This document shows positions 40,851 through 55,986 of a stretch of DNA of 64,000 nucleotides, in pieces. The position numbers were made by a program, and so were the translations under genes. This stretch comes from Eledone cirrhosa (lineage: Eukaryota): assembly GCA_964016885.1 (NCBI GenBank), contig OZ024743.1, positions 263,438,001 to 263,502,000 of the forward strand, read 5' to 3'. A model generated the notes under the pieces. It was given only the letters and a program-made list of their open reading frames with translations. It ran no database searches and was not told the DNA's origin. Each line of letters starts with the position of its first letter. The first letter of the stretch is position 1.

Positions 40851-42125
40851 TACATTTTTTGAACACATACACACATCCTGATTATAAATATGTACATACA
40901 CACATATTCAAAAGAAAACATACAAATGTGTTATGTAAAAAATCTTATATATTCTGTCTTTATGGACATTTTTCCTTTCGTCTTTTTTCGGCAGCCATTT
41001 TACCTTCACGTTTGTTTGCAGATCTCTTCTTGCTATTTATTCTAATCTTTTAAATATTTTCTCTCATGTTTCTGCTATTTGTTCTAGACTTTTTCGCATA
41101 TTTTCCAATCTTTATCCTTCTACTGTTTCTTATACATTTTCCTTGAAGAATCTTTCTTTTGTATCTCTGTGTATATTTTTATCTTTTCGTTATTTAATCT
41201 TTACCTGACGAGATGGTTATGTTAAGATTAACGCTTAGGGTTTCGCTGGTTTGTTTAAATTCTCATTTCGATTAAAAAATGAAACAAATAAAACAAAAAT
41301 ACCTATTTTCGTACTTTATCTACCTACAAGCACACACACGCACACGCACACACATATATATAAATGTACATACACATCCATATATATATGTATATATATA
41401 TTATAATCATATAAATGAAAAGTATTACAAAGAAACAAAGCCAGTGACCCCTAAGACAAAAAGATGATAATGTAGTGAAGAATAAACATCAGCAAACAAA
41501 TGCTATAAATATTCAATTATGAACGAATAAAGTCGGCAAATAGAAAAATAGAGAAACAAGTCATTTTGACTCTTTTCGTTAGAATATGCTCGTTTCTTAT
41601 GTATGACACACTTTCTGCTTTACACTTTAGGAAAGAACACATAAGAGTTTAAAATACACATAGGAGTCTTTTAATAACGTGACTTACTATTGGAAAATCC
41701 CACAGAATTTTTCTTGTCCTGATATTTTTATTTTTACAGATTTTGTATTTTCATGTCTCTTCTATTAAATCTAGTTTAAAGTACAGTTCTACTAGTAAAC
41801 GAATATTTTAGTGTTGTGATAGTCTTCCAAACTCTGATGCCTGCTAGCTAATTTCAATTACTGGTTAAATCTTTTTACATTTTCCCTTTTTTGTATTTAT
41901 ATTAGTATTAGATATTTATGCTTGAATAATTTATATACTTTTGATAGTTGGTTTTCAGTTTCCAATTACACATAATCATTATTTCATTATATTTCCGATA
42001 GTCGAGTCAATCATTATCCCAATCTGGTAGAAAGACCTTCATAGGCATTAATTTACACCGAGATAAAATACAGACTGACATCTTTACATAGATGCAGCGT
42101 TTGAAGATAATTTAATGGGTTATGA

Positions 42126-42501
42126 CAGGGTTGAGTAAACTATGCCCCGCGGGCCAAATGCGGCTCGCCAAAGAATTTTGTGCGGCCAGTGAAAGCATTC
42201 AGTAAATTAATAAAAAAAATAAAAAGCAACACATTTCCGTATATAATACTTAAGCCGAGACTATATCTAGTCACGTTTTGTTCTGATATGTTTTGTGATG
42301 TACAGACACAAATTAAAAGAAAACTTTTTAAAAAGATTTTTGTATTTAATCATTTCATTAATTAATGTAATATAATGCTGCAGTTTATATATTACATTTT
42401 CTAAATTCTAACTGAAGAAAAGTAATAATACATGGTGCAGCCCCCTGTTGTTCATGATCCAGTCAATGTAACCCCCGATCCAAAAACGTTGCCCACCCTT
42501 G
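42126..42501. mobile_element. hAT (Charlie-type) non-autonomous DNA transposon / MITE
   Basis: Imperfect TIRs cagggttgagtaaac / gttgcccacccttg, GGCC-type subterminal motifs, and a perfect 8-bp TSD GGTTATGA (42118-42125, 42502-42509). Confidence 0.85.
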
Positions 42502-42741
42502 GGTTATGAGATGAATTTACACTAGCTTCTAACCCAACAGACTGGACCACTAGTTTGAAAAGACAAAGATAATTATATAGATTGAAATGTTGATGTATAA
42601 GTTAAATATTCAACATTAATTATATAGCAGGATATTTTATGAATGTTTGTGAGACAGGATATTAAATGTAGAGAAATGTTATAGTTTTTTCGAGTCTTTT
42701 TCTCTCTCATTCTCTCTCTCTCTATATATCTCTGTCTATCT

Positions 42742-43818
42742 AGGGCTGGGCATGCCGTAGCTGATGATGCGCAAACACGCGCTGAGGCTACGCCATCTCC
42801 AGGTATTCCTGACCGGCGAACTGGTGTGGCTGTCGTTTGTGAGACGAGCTCTTCCACAACTCGTCACACTAACAGAGCTGCAGTCCTGGGTCAAGCAAAG
42901 ACCGAAAATGGGCGCCTGGCACCTCGAGTGCCTTCAGGCTCTCACAGCCTTCTACCAAGCGGAAACGGCAATCAGCGGAGATTCCCCTTCGACATTCTAT
43001 AGGGGATTAGTGGAGGATAAGTGCGACAACGTTCTCGGGGAAACTCAGACCAGTCTGTTCGGGAGGACTTTCCGTCCAGGGCCTATGGATAACTTCCAGA
43101 GGTCTCTGGACTGGCAGTGCTACCGAGGAGCTCTACCAGTTCGAGACAAAATCTACAGGCACGGACGACCTGGCAGAGATCCTGCCAAAAGGACCTGTCC
43201 AAGATGCGAGCAGGACATCGAAACAGTTCTGCACGCAATTGTTCAGTGCCCAGAGGTGACCGACCTGTGGAATTATGTCGAACAGCTACTATCACATGTG
43301 GGACGCATCTAGTTGTCAGCCGAGTCCATCGTGAGGATCACCCCGCCGCCTTCATTTAAGAATGAAGGAGAGGCGGTTTTCCTTTGTCTGGTGGCTATGG
43401 CGAAAGAGGTAATATGGTGGACGAGGTTAAAAGGACTGAGGGTAAACACCTTTCTCTCCGGACAACAGCTTATCCTCTTCTTTAAGTATCACTTCAGAAG
43501 GAAAGTGAGAGCGGAGAGAGAGGTGCTACACCCCAGTAAATTCGCTGTATATAAATCTGTAATTTGAGGAAGATAAAAACAGGGAAGACGGGAACACCTA
43601 CAAATCGTGTTCTTGGTGTTGAGGGTTGTTCTATCCACGGGGTGTGAAACAACACTGCAGTAACGTTGCCCCCCATTGGGGACTTCAATTGTTATTTTAT
43701 TATATATAGTTTATTGTTATTTATTAATGTTAAAGTTATATGATTTTTATGTAAAACTCCTGCCGTCAAGTCTTGTAATGTCCCATTTTTGTACGCCCCA
43801 GTGACAAATAAAGAAAGA
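42742..43818 (+). mobile_element. 5'-truncated Tx1 copy E (closest to copy B), in (TATC)n
   Basis: MMRKHALRL...YRHGRPGRDPAK.CPRC shared with copy B. Ends caAATAAAgaaaga-(TATC)n. Confidence 0.9.
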
Positions 43819-45060
43819 TATCTATCTATCTATCTAAAATTTTGAGGTAAGGGTGTGGTATTGCATCCTAGAGTCAAAGAGAATTATAACTGAAGAAACT
43901 GAAAATTTTCACTATCTTCAATTCTTATTTATACAGGGTGGACCGTACGTCGTGCACCAAGGCAATAAAAACAACTTAGTATACATGTACATTGTAATGT
44001 ATTAATAGCAAAAATCATATTGAAATAACAAAGGTATCATTTTCATCAACCCATCATCTGTGATATTAAGGTATTCAGTTCTTTATTATATCCTGGGTAT
44101 GGCATTAAACTACATCTAATGGCAAGGCTCCAGTTCAGGAGCTATTGGGAATGTGGAGTTAGCCCTTAGTTGTTATCACTTCCAGGTCTGCTCTGGCTCG
44201 GAGTAGTAGTACTTGCTTGGGCCACATTTATGGGTTAAATAATTACCTTATTCGAGTGGCGCCGGTAAGGTATTATCACCCACTGAAAAGAACCCTAGAG
44301 AGTTCTTTGTTAATACAGTAAGGCTTTGCTGCGTGACTAAAGACCCATGCTGTATATCGTAGTATAGGAGGTAGAATGTAATATTTCAATATGAAAAAAA
44401 CAAAACGAAAAAAACACAGCAACAACAAAATCTTCAATATATTCGTTGTTACAACTTTGCCACTGTGTTGCAAATATTCAACACCAGTTACAATCACTTA
44501 AGTTTTACCCTCTTCCATCTTTAAATTTCTCCAAAGATTAATAAGTATTTTGTATTTAGATACTCAGCAATATCAACATTTTTTCAAAACTACCAAAGAC
44601 ACGGAAATAATTCTGCCTACCATTAAACACACAGAAACACACAGATACACACACATACACAGACGCACACACTCACATACACGCACACACACATATGCTC
44701 ACACATATACACTAACTCACATATACCCACACAACGTACACGTATACTCACACAAATATACACACAAACAAACTCACACACATACACTCACTCACACATA
44801 CACACACACTTACACACACACTCACACACTCCACACTCGTTAACACACATGTACACACAGACAGTTTTGATAAAATAATTCCAAGAAACACAAATGTCAA
44901 ACCCGTCCCTTATATTCCTTGTTTTACCAATATAGGCATCGAATTCAATAGAATATTTCTATAGAGTTAACAGCTGTGATCTGGCAAACAGATAATTGTG
45001 ATATGTTACTGATTGTTGTCGAGTTAATGTGCTATCTCAAGTGATATGTCGATTATACGG

Positions 45061-45128
<68 letters not shown>

Positions 45129-48100
45129 CTCTCTCTCTCTCTATCTCTATCCCCCCTCTCTTTCTCTCCTGTCAACAATCCATATAGAAGGAAACTTTGA
45201 AAGTTTTTAACATTAGCAGACATTCAGAGCAAAACAACAAACAAACGATCAAATAAATAAAAAAAAATACATAGCACGCACCACACATACACTCACACAC
45301 AAGCACGCAATTACACCCACATACACATACACACCCACACACACGTATAAACTTATCCACATTCACATATATGCAGACATATATGCAACAACTATATCAA
45401 CAACACATCTTACTCTTATATAAAAATGGAACTTTATCATTACAAATGATGCTATATCGGCTTAGATTTCAAGTAGAATTCCGAATACTTTCTACAAATG
45501 TTATGTCTGCAAGAAACGATTTTCCCTTTCCCATTAGAGACCATTAGAGACCCTTATGTAATGGGATTTAGAAGGGAGGCAGCGTCTTTGAGATTCAAGA
45601 TGCCATGCCTCCATTGTTACATATTACACACCAGTTTCATATCGATTTCTTTTAATGGAGTAGAAATACTTAAGCAACATAGATCAGAAGATTAATAACA
45701 ACAAGAATCAATGGATCAATAAGGTTATTGAAGAGATGTGTAAACGACCAATTACGAAATAGTAGCGTAGCATGAATGGCTAAATGATATCTCCATGAAT
45801 GAGGCACATCTAAAAATACATTAAATGAATTAGCTAATTAATGGTTTCTCCTGTAGGCACACGACCAAATGCTGAAAGGAAAATTGCAGAATTGATTGAA
45901 TCGATCACAATGCTATCCTGGTTCTTATGTTACTAGAAACATGAAAGACTATATCATACATCAAACAGCAACTGGATTTGAACCCAGATTGACAAAAATA
46001 AGCCTGTAATATATTTCTATCAGCAGTCTCTTATCGCAGTCATCTAAATCACCTTAAATTAACTAATAACCACAAAATGAAGTTTTATGTAATTGGAATA
46101 ACGAACCTATTGCTGTCCATATAAAGAATTTCTATATAATAGGAATGTATTTCTATTATGATAACAATTCTTCAGTGCTTTAACCATATATTTTGTTGCT
46201 GTTTACTTGCCAGAAATGTAAGCGCGTTTGATAAAATGCACTGCGATATTTAGTTACGGCTTATTGTGTTCTGAGTTAAAATCTGTTGTGCTCAATTTTG
46301 CATTTTACACTTCCAGGGACGATAAAGTAAAGTAGCAGTCAGGTCCTGCGCTGCGATTATATATGCCTATAATCATACTAAATATGAATAGTATGATAAT
46401 AGAAAGAAACATAAGATTGTGTATTCACAATATTGATATGTACACCACGTGGAGAGGGGCATAATTGAAACTTCCATTTAGAAATGGATGCTGTTAGTGT
46501 AAAACCAGCCAGGAATACATATGCAAGAATAAGACATCAGATGGCAATAAGATATCGAACCTAGCAAGGGTTAGCCTAAATGAAAAACATCTTGCAAATA
46601 TACACTTCAACCATGAGGTTTCGAGTATAAAAAAACAAACTAGTCGGAAGAATCAGTAACTAAAGTTATTTTTATTCTAAATTACTCAATCCTATATTTT
46701 AGTCGGTTATGAAAAACTCATTTTCAGGAATGTTATAGTAGTAATTTAATTATATAGTAATGCAGACAATTACCATAGTCATTAGATCGTCGGATAGAAA
46801 AAAATCTGTGATACTGTTTCCGGCTCTCTGCACTTAGTGATCAAATTCTGTCGGGGACAAATTTGCTTTTCTTTCCTTCGCGGTCGATAAATTAAGTCAT
46901 CAACCCCTCTCTCTCCTCTCTCTCTCTGAGAATCGGCTAGGAAACTAACCCGTTCGCCAAATCTCTGTTGATTATAGAAGGAAAGAAAGGATTCAGTCAC
47001 CACAATAAGGCATCTAACAATATTTCCATTAGATGAATGTCGCAGCTTGTGTAAGCTTACTTCACGTATAGACCGTTATTGGCTTGTGTTTAATGGCGAT
47101 ATCGTTTCACATTCAATTCTAAATTGATACTGCCTATAACTTAACACACGAGAGACAAGGTTCAATGTTGATAACAAGAGAAGTCACCGTCTTGGAAAGA
47201 CAAAACGTTGGATAATATATACTTAGACACTCATAAGAAGACAGAATAGTCTTTACTAGAGAACCTTTGATCATATGTCTGGCTGACTCGATTCTGGGGG
47301 GGAAAATACAAGCAACACAAACAATAAGGGATATTGCATAAACAGATAAGTGATTGGTTAAAGTTCAGTTGTGAGTTGAAGCCCCATCGGAGGCCAGCCT
47401 CCACGACAAGTTAGACTACTCCATCATACATGATATTATTTCTTTCAAATATATTAACATATTGAAACGGAATTGAATTATGTTATACTTTGAACTATTC
47501 AAGTAATTGCGACGAAGCACAGTCTAAAAATTAAAGAATATATACATACATACATACATACATACATACATACATACATACATACATACATACATACATA
47601 CAGTACGAATCTTGAGACGCTGGGCTTCACAGAATCAGAAAGAACACGATTAGTTAGGAAATTGCAAGCAAAATTCATTAATGGAACAGTAAAATATGTA
47701 AAACATTCCAAAAGTTCTGCATGTACACATGTACAGATACAAAACATATGCACATGCACACATATAACTCAAAACATCCACATCCACACATACAATAACA
47801 TCCATACCAGTACACACACGCACGCATAGAGGCATGCATACATATCGACCTATTTGATGTTGTCTAAATTCCAATGAAAGAGTCTTGTGTCTATGTTAAA
47901 AACCGACTCTCTCTCTCTATTGGTAAAACATTATGAAATTATAAAAGCAGAACATACGTACATTCATACATGCATGCATATATGCATACATGTATACATA
48001 CATACATACATGCGTAAATATCGGACTACTGTGAAGAAAAGTGCCAAAATGAAAATCTTAACAACAGATCTCATAAAAGTGACACGGAATGTGTCACCAA

Positions 48101-48289
48101 TACAACACCCTCAAGAACGGTAATAACACATTCCATACTTAATCTTTCGAAGACGGTTATCAGGTTACACACAAAAAGACAGATTCAGGTTGTATAAAAG
48201 AACAATGAAATAGTTTCTAATCAATGACACAAATGTAGTATGCTTTCTATAATGTAACAAGTTCTGGAACTAGATAGTCTTCTTATCAT

Positions 48290-48830
48290 GTCCACAAGAG
48301 TGTCAGTTACAGAGCATGGCTAGATGTGGTTCCGCCACAACTGAACAACTTTTCTCATTTAACTCTGTCAAGTCCAATGCTGTGCAGGGGTGTTCCAGCA
48401 GACATGGGGCATGTCAGGAGGTGCTGCGTATTCTGTGGTTAGATGCCGCAGTCACACACAACGTCCACAACCTTTAAATATCCACATTTTGCAAGATTGA
48501 CTTTTGCACGTCCAACACCAGATCTTAGTCTCTTGAGGCATTTCCACACTGTATAGTTTGTATCTGAACCGGGGAGAGGGGCAGTGCCTCGCTCGCCTTT
48601 AGCTCCATTGTTGTTACAGATGGTAGGTTGTTAAGTTTTTCTTCCCAGCCAGTGACCATTTCACTACTTATGCTTGATGTTCCAATGAGCGTGTCATTCT
48701 TTAGGAAACTTTCCCTGAATTTAAGGCGGCTTTTGGCTGGCACATGGCCGAAGAGAGGATGTTTTTGATCTGTAGTCTTTTGTTGATGCTATTTCTTGTT
48801 TGCTGCACTTCTTCTGCAAAAACGCAGCAC
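48290..48830 (-). mobile_element. Decayed Ingi/Vingi-like LINE 3' fragment
   Basis: Hand translation: HPLFGHVPAKSRLKFRESFL ... RLRSGVGRAKVNLAKCG..VCDCG..QNTQHLLTCP. Confidence 0.6.
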
Positions 48831-49359
48831 GCCATTTTTCATCCCTATATTTTTTCCCCTTCGCTGTGACCTGTCTTTCTCTTCCCTTACTGCTATCCTC
48901 TTTCTATCTCCCCCTTCTCTCTCCTTGTACCTCTTACTTTCATTCACCCCTTCTGCTAGTCACCCTCTCTCGGCTAGCCTCTTTTTCACACTTTCACTCA
49001 CTCACTCTCTGCTACTCACCCTCTCTCACTTCTCCCCATCTGACCCGTGGGAAATTCTTTTCTCGCTCACATTTCGCATGGCTTGGATGCGTCTTTCGTC
49101 TTCCCGTCAATGATTCGCTAGATCTTATGTTCACTTGTAACACTGACTTGATTTCTCATTTTTCACTCTTTACATTGCCTAACCATTCATGTTTGTTTGC
49201 ATGTCTCTCTTTCTCCACCCAATTCTTTTTATCCCAATAACTTTATTTAGTTATTGCTCGCGCTGGCCTGATGTATCTGATCTTTAATGCGAAGAAATAC
49301 CTATGATGGCCAGAAAATCACAGTTGATGGATAGTCCTGGCTTCTTACACTAATTTTAA

Positions 49360-49402
<43 letters not shown>

Positions 49403-50056
49403 AGTAATATTGTAGAACAATAAAACTATGCATATATCAGATAAGTAGCACTCAACAGTTGGTAGAATTGGAGTATATATTAAAGAAGAAATTAAAAGAT
49501 GATTATTTTATTTTATTAATACATTTTTACACTTCTTAATCCAAGTTTTAGTATTTAAACCCAATATAAAATAATATACCCAGTTTCTATATTTTAGGCC
49601 TCTAATATTTGAATACCATCTATAATAATCGCACATACACCTCATCAATTTACTTTTTAGTCGTTATTTACAGCTGTTTTCATTTTGACAGCGTTCTTGA
49701 TCAAAAGTCTCTCTCTTGCTCTTTCTCTCTCTTCCTTCTTTCTTTTTCCTTTCTTTCCTTTTTTCCTTTTTCTTCCTCTCTTCTATTTCTTTTTCCTTTT
49801 TCTCCTACTTTCCTTTTCTTCTATTTTCCTATCTTTTTCTTACTCTTATATTTCTGTCATATATAGACTGGACACTTTCTTGTTGACAAGTGTTTTTAGG
49901 CCTCATATCATGTTGCTTTATTTTATCTGATGAGAACACAATTTTTGTCCCAGGATGATGTCGTTTTCGAAATGCGCATAATAAAATATATGGAACTTTT
50001 TAAACCATCTTTTAATTTCTCCTTATATATATCTATATATCTATATCTATATATAC

Positions 50057-50164
<108 letters not shown>

Positions 50165-50297
50165 CTGTGTGTATGTATCTGTAACCAGTATATACAGGTC
50201 ATAGAAACCCCCCTCACATATATATATATGTGTGTATGTACATATATATATATGTATGCGCGCGCGTGTATTTAGTATATATATAGGTATATATATA

Positions 50298-50353
<56 letters not shown>

Positions 50354-50397
50354 TATATATATATATATATACATACACACACATATATATATATATC

Positions 50398-50463
<66 letters not shown>

Positions 50464-50694
50464 TATATATATATATATGTATCTTCTGAAAGTAAAACTT
50501 TTGAAACTAAAACTTTTTTAATTTCAGAAGATCCCGTTAAGGGTGAAAGCAGCGAATCTTTGCTTAAACTTTAACCTGTTATTTTAATAAATATTTGCTC
50601 TACGGTTCTTATATATTTGATATATATATATTTATCCTTATCGAGTCCTCTTTGGATTTTAGTCTTCAAATTTATTATTATTACTATATATATA

Positions 50695-50790
50695 TAGGAA
50701 AATGTTTGACCCCGACGGCAGAGCTCAAGCCGTTTTGACGGGTATTTCTGTCCAGAAATAGCCGTCGAAACAGCTTGAGCTCTGCCGGTT
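50695..50790. repeat. Short hairpin element, same family as 59865-59991
   Basis: cggcagagctcaagccgttttgacggg..tttctg / cagaaatagccgtcgaaacagcttgagctctgccg. Confidence 0.8.
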
Positions 50791-51034
50791 ATATATATAT
50801 ATATTAAAGAAGGGAAGTAAGGTTCTCTACAAAACAGTGGTTATAGTGAAAAGGAGAAGTTGGGAATAAAACGGAAAATATATTTTAGGGTCTGTTTCTC
50901 TTTTTTACCCTTTCTTTGATTCGTCAAAGTGACATTATTGAAAAAATGAGAGGGAGAATTCTTTTAAAAAGAGTTTTATAATGTACATAAAGCATATACA
51001 GTATTACCGGATTCGATGATATATATATATGTAA

Positions 51035-51151
<117 letters not shown>

Positions 51152-51229
51152 CAAATGAAGATATTCACATAATCAATATATATATATTGATTATGTGAAT
51201 ATCTTCATTTGAATATATTCACATAATCA

Positions 51230-51268
<39 letters not shown>

Positions 51269-51856
51269 TGTAGTTCCTGTCGCTTGTTTGTTCACGAAAT
51301 ACTCCTATGGTTTTGTAGATAGACCCCCATAACCATATATATTCTGAAACTGCATTGCTCAGTGTACTTGGATAAGTATATCTCATTTTAATCAAAGGGT
51401 TCCCGGGGGCACAAACCCCCACTGAAAGTTTTCTCTCTTCGATTTATATGAAATTTAAAGCATAGGTAAATGGCAAGATATGATACCTATTTCCAAAATT
51501 TCAGCAAATTTCAATAATACTAAGACACCCTAATGCGTGTTAAACCACCTATAGTGAAAATTTTGGAAGCCCAAATAAAATAATGCTTTACACAAAAATC
51601 AAATGAAGTTTTGAATTGATATTTTGAAAAAAATTATTTACAAGAAAAAAAATAAGAATAAGATTTAATAATGTAATTTTGATTTGATATATCACAAAAA
51701 ATGTTTTCCAATTTTTCATGCATTACATTTTACATCGAGTAATATTGAAATGCAGAATTTTTCTCCATAAATTATATCACTGATTTAAAATCAATCATCA
51801 TTTTTTTACAAAAAAAAAAAAATGTGTGAAATGGAGCAAGGCGCCGGGAATTTGGC

Positions 51857-51945
<89 letters not shown>

Positions 51946-52090
51946 GTAATAATAATAAATTTGAAGACTAAAATCCAAAGAGGGCTCGATAAGGATAAAT
52001 ATATATCAAATATATAAGAACCGTAGTTTCAGAGGATAGATCCCATTAAGGGTGAAAGCAGCGATTCTTTGCTTAAACTTTAATCTGTTA

Positions 52091-52126
<36 letters not shown>

Positions 52127-52134
<8 letters not shown>

Positions 52135-52643
52135 CTACTGTACGTCTGTATACATATATGTATGTACGTATACATACTTATATTTAAGTATCAGCCGTAC
52201 TAAGAGTGAGAAATGAAATTTCATTTTTTCCAGTTATCGTTTTCGGTACGCCCGGCCGACTAACTCACTCGATATGCAAATTAGGCTGCTCAGCCGTTAA
52301 TATGCTTAAGGAAAGTATATACTTTCAAACGTTCAATCGACAGACAGGAAGGTATACGGTGCTGATGACAGCTAATAAGCTAGAAACTAGTTCATCATTC
52401 CTTTGTCAGTGTTGAACAAAAGGGCAACGATGGTTGCCGAACACTGTACGGCTTAATTCGGGCTGTTTGTTTACAAACAAACCGAATATTATAATAAATG
52501 TTCGGTAAACCCATACGTACATATATATATGTGTGCATGTATGTATATACATACTACTGTACTTCTGTATACATATATGTATGTACGTATACATACTTAT
52601 ATTTAAGTATCAGCTGTGCTAAGAGTGAAAAATGAAATTTCAT
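52127..52643 (+). mobile_element. Partial tandem pLTR/retrozyme-like unit (period ~419) in (TA)n
   Basis: catactactgtac...aaatgaaatttcat at ~52131 and ~52550, with a hammerhead between them. Confidence 0.75.
52358..52396 (+). ncRNA. Minimal type I hammerhead ribozyme
   Basis: ggtg CTGATGA c agct-aata-agct a GAAA ctag tt catc. Same ACTAGT stem III and GUU site as 1785-1829. Confidence 0.75.
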
Positions 52644-52686
52644 ATATATATATATATATACATATATATCAACTAGAAATTGATTG

Positions 52687-52727
<41 letters not shown>

Positions 52728-52733
52728 CATATA

Positions 52734-52766
<33 letters not shown>

Positions 52767-52771
<5 letters not shown>

Positions 52772-53665
52772 TAAGGTAATGAATTCTTTTACAATGGAAT
52801 TAGCTCGAAGGAGGAAAATACCCCTGAGCCGTGTATAAACTAATATATATGTGATGAAACACAGATACCAACACGTCTGTATATATATTGCAAAAGAAAA
52901 TTTAGCCAGATTGAAGTATACTAATTATTATACTACAGTTTGTCCATATCGATTTAAAATAATAAATCAACAAAGACGAACTGCATTGCCAAAAGGCTAT
53001 GATGTTTAGACACATTTAAATTTCAAAATCAAACCTGTTCCGTAGATAAGTTTAAACTTTAAAATCCAAATATGTTTCGAGATAAATAAGTGTAGGAATA
53101 TCATGTCCTGCCCTCCTCAGTAAACATCCAGGGACAAATTGATATGCTTCACTTCTAAATAATTTAAAAGACTGTGTGACGCACATGGTTTAACAGTATC
53201 TAGCTAGTCTCATAACCGTACTGCTAGAAATAACAGTCGTATATATGAGGCGGCTTTCAGCTCAGACTAGGAGCAGTTATATTAATAAGGTAATGAATTC
53301 TTTTACAATGGAATTAGCTCGAAGGAGGAAAATACCCCTGAGCCGTGTATAAACTAATATATATGTGATGAAACACAGATACCAACACATCTGTATATAT
53401 ATTGCAAAAGAAAATTTAGCCAGATTGAAGTATACTAATTATTATACTACAGTTTGTCCATATCGATTTAAAATAATAAATCAACAAAGACGAACTGCAT
53501 TGCCAAAAGGCTATGATGTTTAGACACATTTAAATTTCAAAATCAAACCTGTTCCGTAGATAAGTTTAAACTTTAAAATCCAAATATGTTTCGAGATAAA
53601 TAAGTGTAGGAATATCATGTCCTGCCCTCCTCAGTAAACATCCAGGGACAAATTGATATGCTTCA
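52767..53665. repeat. Near-identical ~385-bp direct repeat, period ~514
   Basis: attaataaggtaatgaattc...gatatgcttca at 52767-53151 and 53281-53665. Confidence 0.9.
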
Positions 53666-53967
53666 TTGATTTTGGAAGTCGAACTTGAATGGTCATCATT
53701 TTCAGACTGTGGAATACCTGCAAAAAAACAAAACAAAAAAAAACTGACGAACTAAGGACACTCAGAAATTGGCTTCCGGTACTACTATGATCAGTGAAAA
53801 AAACTTTTGAAATAGTGTGTAACTTCCCAGGGGTCGTATTGTGAAGGAGATAACTTGTAATTTCATGTTCTTCAAATATACATTTAAGTAAAACGTCAGT
53901 AATCTTGATTTCGGGACGTACCGCGAACGCAACTGATTTAATTCAATTTTCAAATTCCCTAGCCATC

Positions 53968-54019
<52 letters not shown>

Positions 54020-54222
54020 GTAGCCACATATATAGACAATTACAAACATGCATACACTGACATACATATATAGGTTAACGTATATATATATATATATATA
54101 TATATATTTCGTATCTCCAAAGAAATACGGGTTTAGGAAGCCGTAGCTATGCAAACACCGGGAGGGAGGGGGGGGGGGGGGCTAACGCCCTCTGATGATG
54201 GCCAGCAGAAGCAAGGGTGACA

Positions 54223-54266
54223 ACCATCTATGCATTTCAGGCTTAACTGGCCATCGTCAGGACGGT
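54223..54266 (-). ncRNA. Minimal type I hammerhead ribozyme
   Basis: Minus strand: accgtc CTGACGA tggc-cagttaa-gcct GAAA tgca ta gatggt. Palindromic ATGCAT stem III, AUA site. Confidence 0.8.
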
Positions 54267-54473
54267 CCCTCCCACCGCTTGCGACTGCTGGACTAGAAGA
54301 CAGGCGAGTATATATAGTTTTCTCGTCTGTGTAAATGAGGTGATTAATCTCATTTGCATATGAAGCTGCATAAGTTGGCTCAACTTATAATAAAAAAAGA
54401 AATAAGATTTCGCTTCAAGCATAGCTTTATACAATTTGTATAAATATTCCAGCAGTCGCAAGCGGTGGGAGGG

Positions 54474-54517
54474 ACCGTCTTGACGATGGCCAGTTAAGCC
54501 TGAAATGCATAGACGGT
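54474..54517 (+). ncRNA. Hammerhead ribozyme mirror copy (core TTGACGA)
   Basis: accgtc TTGACGA tggc-cagttaa-gcct GAAA tgca ta gacggt, with a perfect 6-bp stem I. Confidence 0.7.
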
Positions 54518-54665
54518 TGTCCCCCTTGCTTTTGCCGGACATCACAAGAGGGCGTTAGCCTCCCGGTGTTTTTGCATAGCTACGGCTTCCTAAAACCGTA
54601 TTTCTTTGGAGATACGAAATATTTATACAAATTGTATAAAGCTATGCTTGAAGCTAAATCCTATT

Positions 54666-54737
<72 letters not shown>

Positions 54738-55283
54738 ATAGAGGTGTAACACACAAGTTATGCTATATTGGTAAACGGAAAAGAAAATGCTGACAAATTG
54801 TTCACAGTGAAAAATAGTTTAATTAGGAATAAGTGAGAATTAGTAATAGTATTGGTTAGTATTCAGTTTTGGTTTTAAGTTTTACCGGTTGCGCATTTCT
54901 AATGCTTTTCAAAAATAATTTTGAGATAGAGTGTCCGTGATGTTTGCTCTAATCTGATTAGTTTTGGAAATTCTACCTGTTTTTATGTTAAAAAAGTGGC
55001 TCCAACGGTATTAAAATAAGTTTTGCGCCAATTCGTGTTGCAAAAATTCTTGTGGTCAAAACAATTTTGATTGGTCGGTAGAGGTCATGGTCATGTGAAT
55101 GTTAAAAATTGATTTTGCGCCAAATGTATGTTTGTGTCGGCTGATTGAGAAGTCACTGAAAAATAAGTCTTTCAAAACAAATATGTGTGTGTGTGTAGTA
55201 GTAGTAAAGAGGTTCGTTGTTGTGATAATGGTCAGCAGGGATGTGTGTGCGAACCGCAGCCTGTTGACAGCCTATTAAGACAA

Positions 55284-55314
<31 letters not shown>

Positions 55315-55712
55315 TGTGGCAGAGTAATTCGTGGTAGAGGGATGGTCAGTAGGAATGTGTCTGTAAGTGTGTGGGGGATATTTTAACATGTTAAAAGATA
55401 TTTTTCAGCTCTTGTCTTATACGGAGAAGTGTGTGTGTGTGTGTGTGTATATGTCTCTTTGTATGTTAATGTACGCGTGTGTATGTGTGTGTGTATATAA
55501 GTGCGTGTGTGCGCAGACACGTGTGTGTGTGTGTGTGAATGTGTGTGTGTATGTGTGGGTGGACCAGTAATTATTTTTGTGATACTGGTGAAATGGTGTA
55601 CATTATTCGATATTTTCAGTAAAATCGATTCTCTCAATAGAACATCAAAAACCTTAATAATAAAAGGTGTGAAATGATATATAGTATTGGCATAATACCA
55701 AGGTGTGTGTGA

Positions 55713-55986
55713 GTGTGTCCAGATTGTACGTACTGCAAGGGGAATCCATTAGGCCTTGCCGTATTGGAATACTTGTGTACAAATATGTATCTGGAGTGTG
55801 TCCAGAAATTGTATACCTGTGTATAAATTGTATACTTGTGTACAAATTGTATACATGTATCTGGAGTGTGTCCAGAAATTGTGTACCTGTGTACAAATAT
55901 GTATCTGGAGTGTGTCCAGATTGTACGTACTGCAAGGGGAATCCATTAGGCCTTGCCGTATTGGAATACTTGTGTACAAATATGTA
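55713..55986. repeat. Nested tandem duplication (~197-bp period) in the PLE 3' region
   Basis: gtgtgtccagattgtacgtactgcaaggggaatcc occurs twice, with internal atgtatctggagtgtgtccaga subrepeats. Confidence 0.8.

Larger units (their letters stand above)
54104..54672. mobile_element. Compound fold-back cassette with two divergent hammerheads
   Basis: 54104-54292 mirrors 54448-54622, and 54395-54447 mirrors 54619-54671. Flanked by (TA)n. Confidence 0.85.

Noticed and set aside
43925-47500. Faint similarities to decayed SINEs and DNA-transposon ends (e.g. tacagggtg at ~43932, 44090-44245, 45850-45940)
   Set aside because: Too degenerate to delimit or classify without a repeat library search.
54192-54225. 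CTGATGA on the + strand as an additional hammerhead
   Set aside because: No properly placed GAAA or stems, and the mirror arm differs at this spot.
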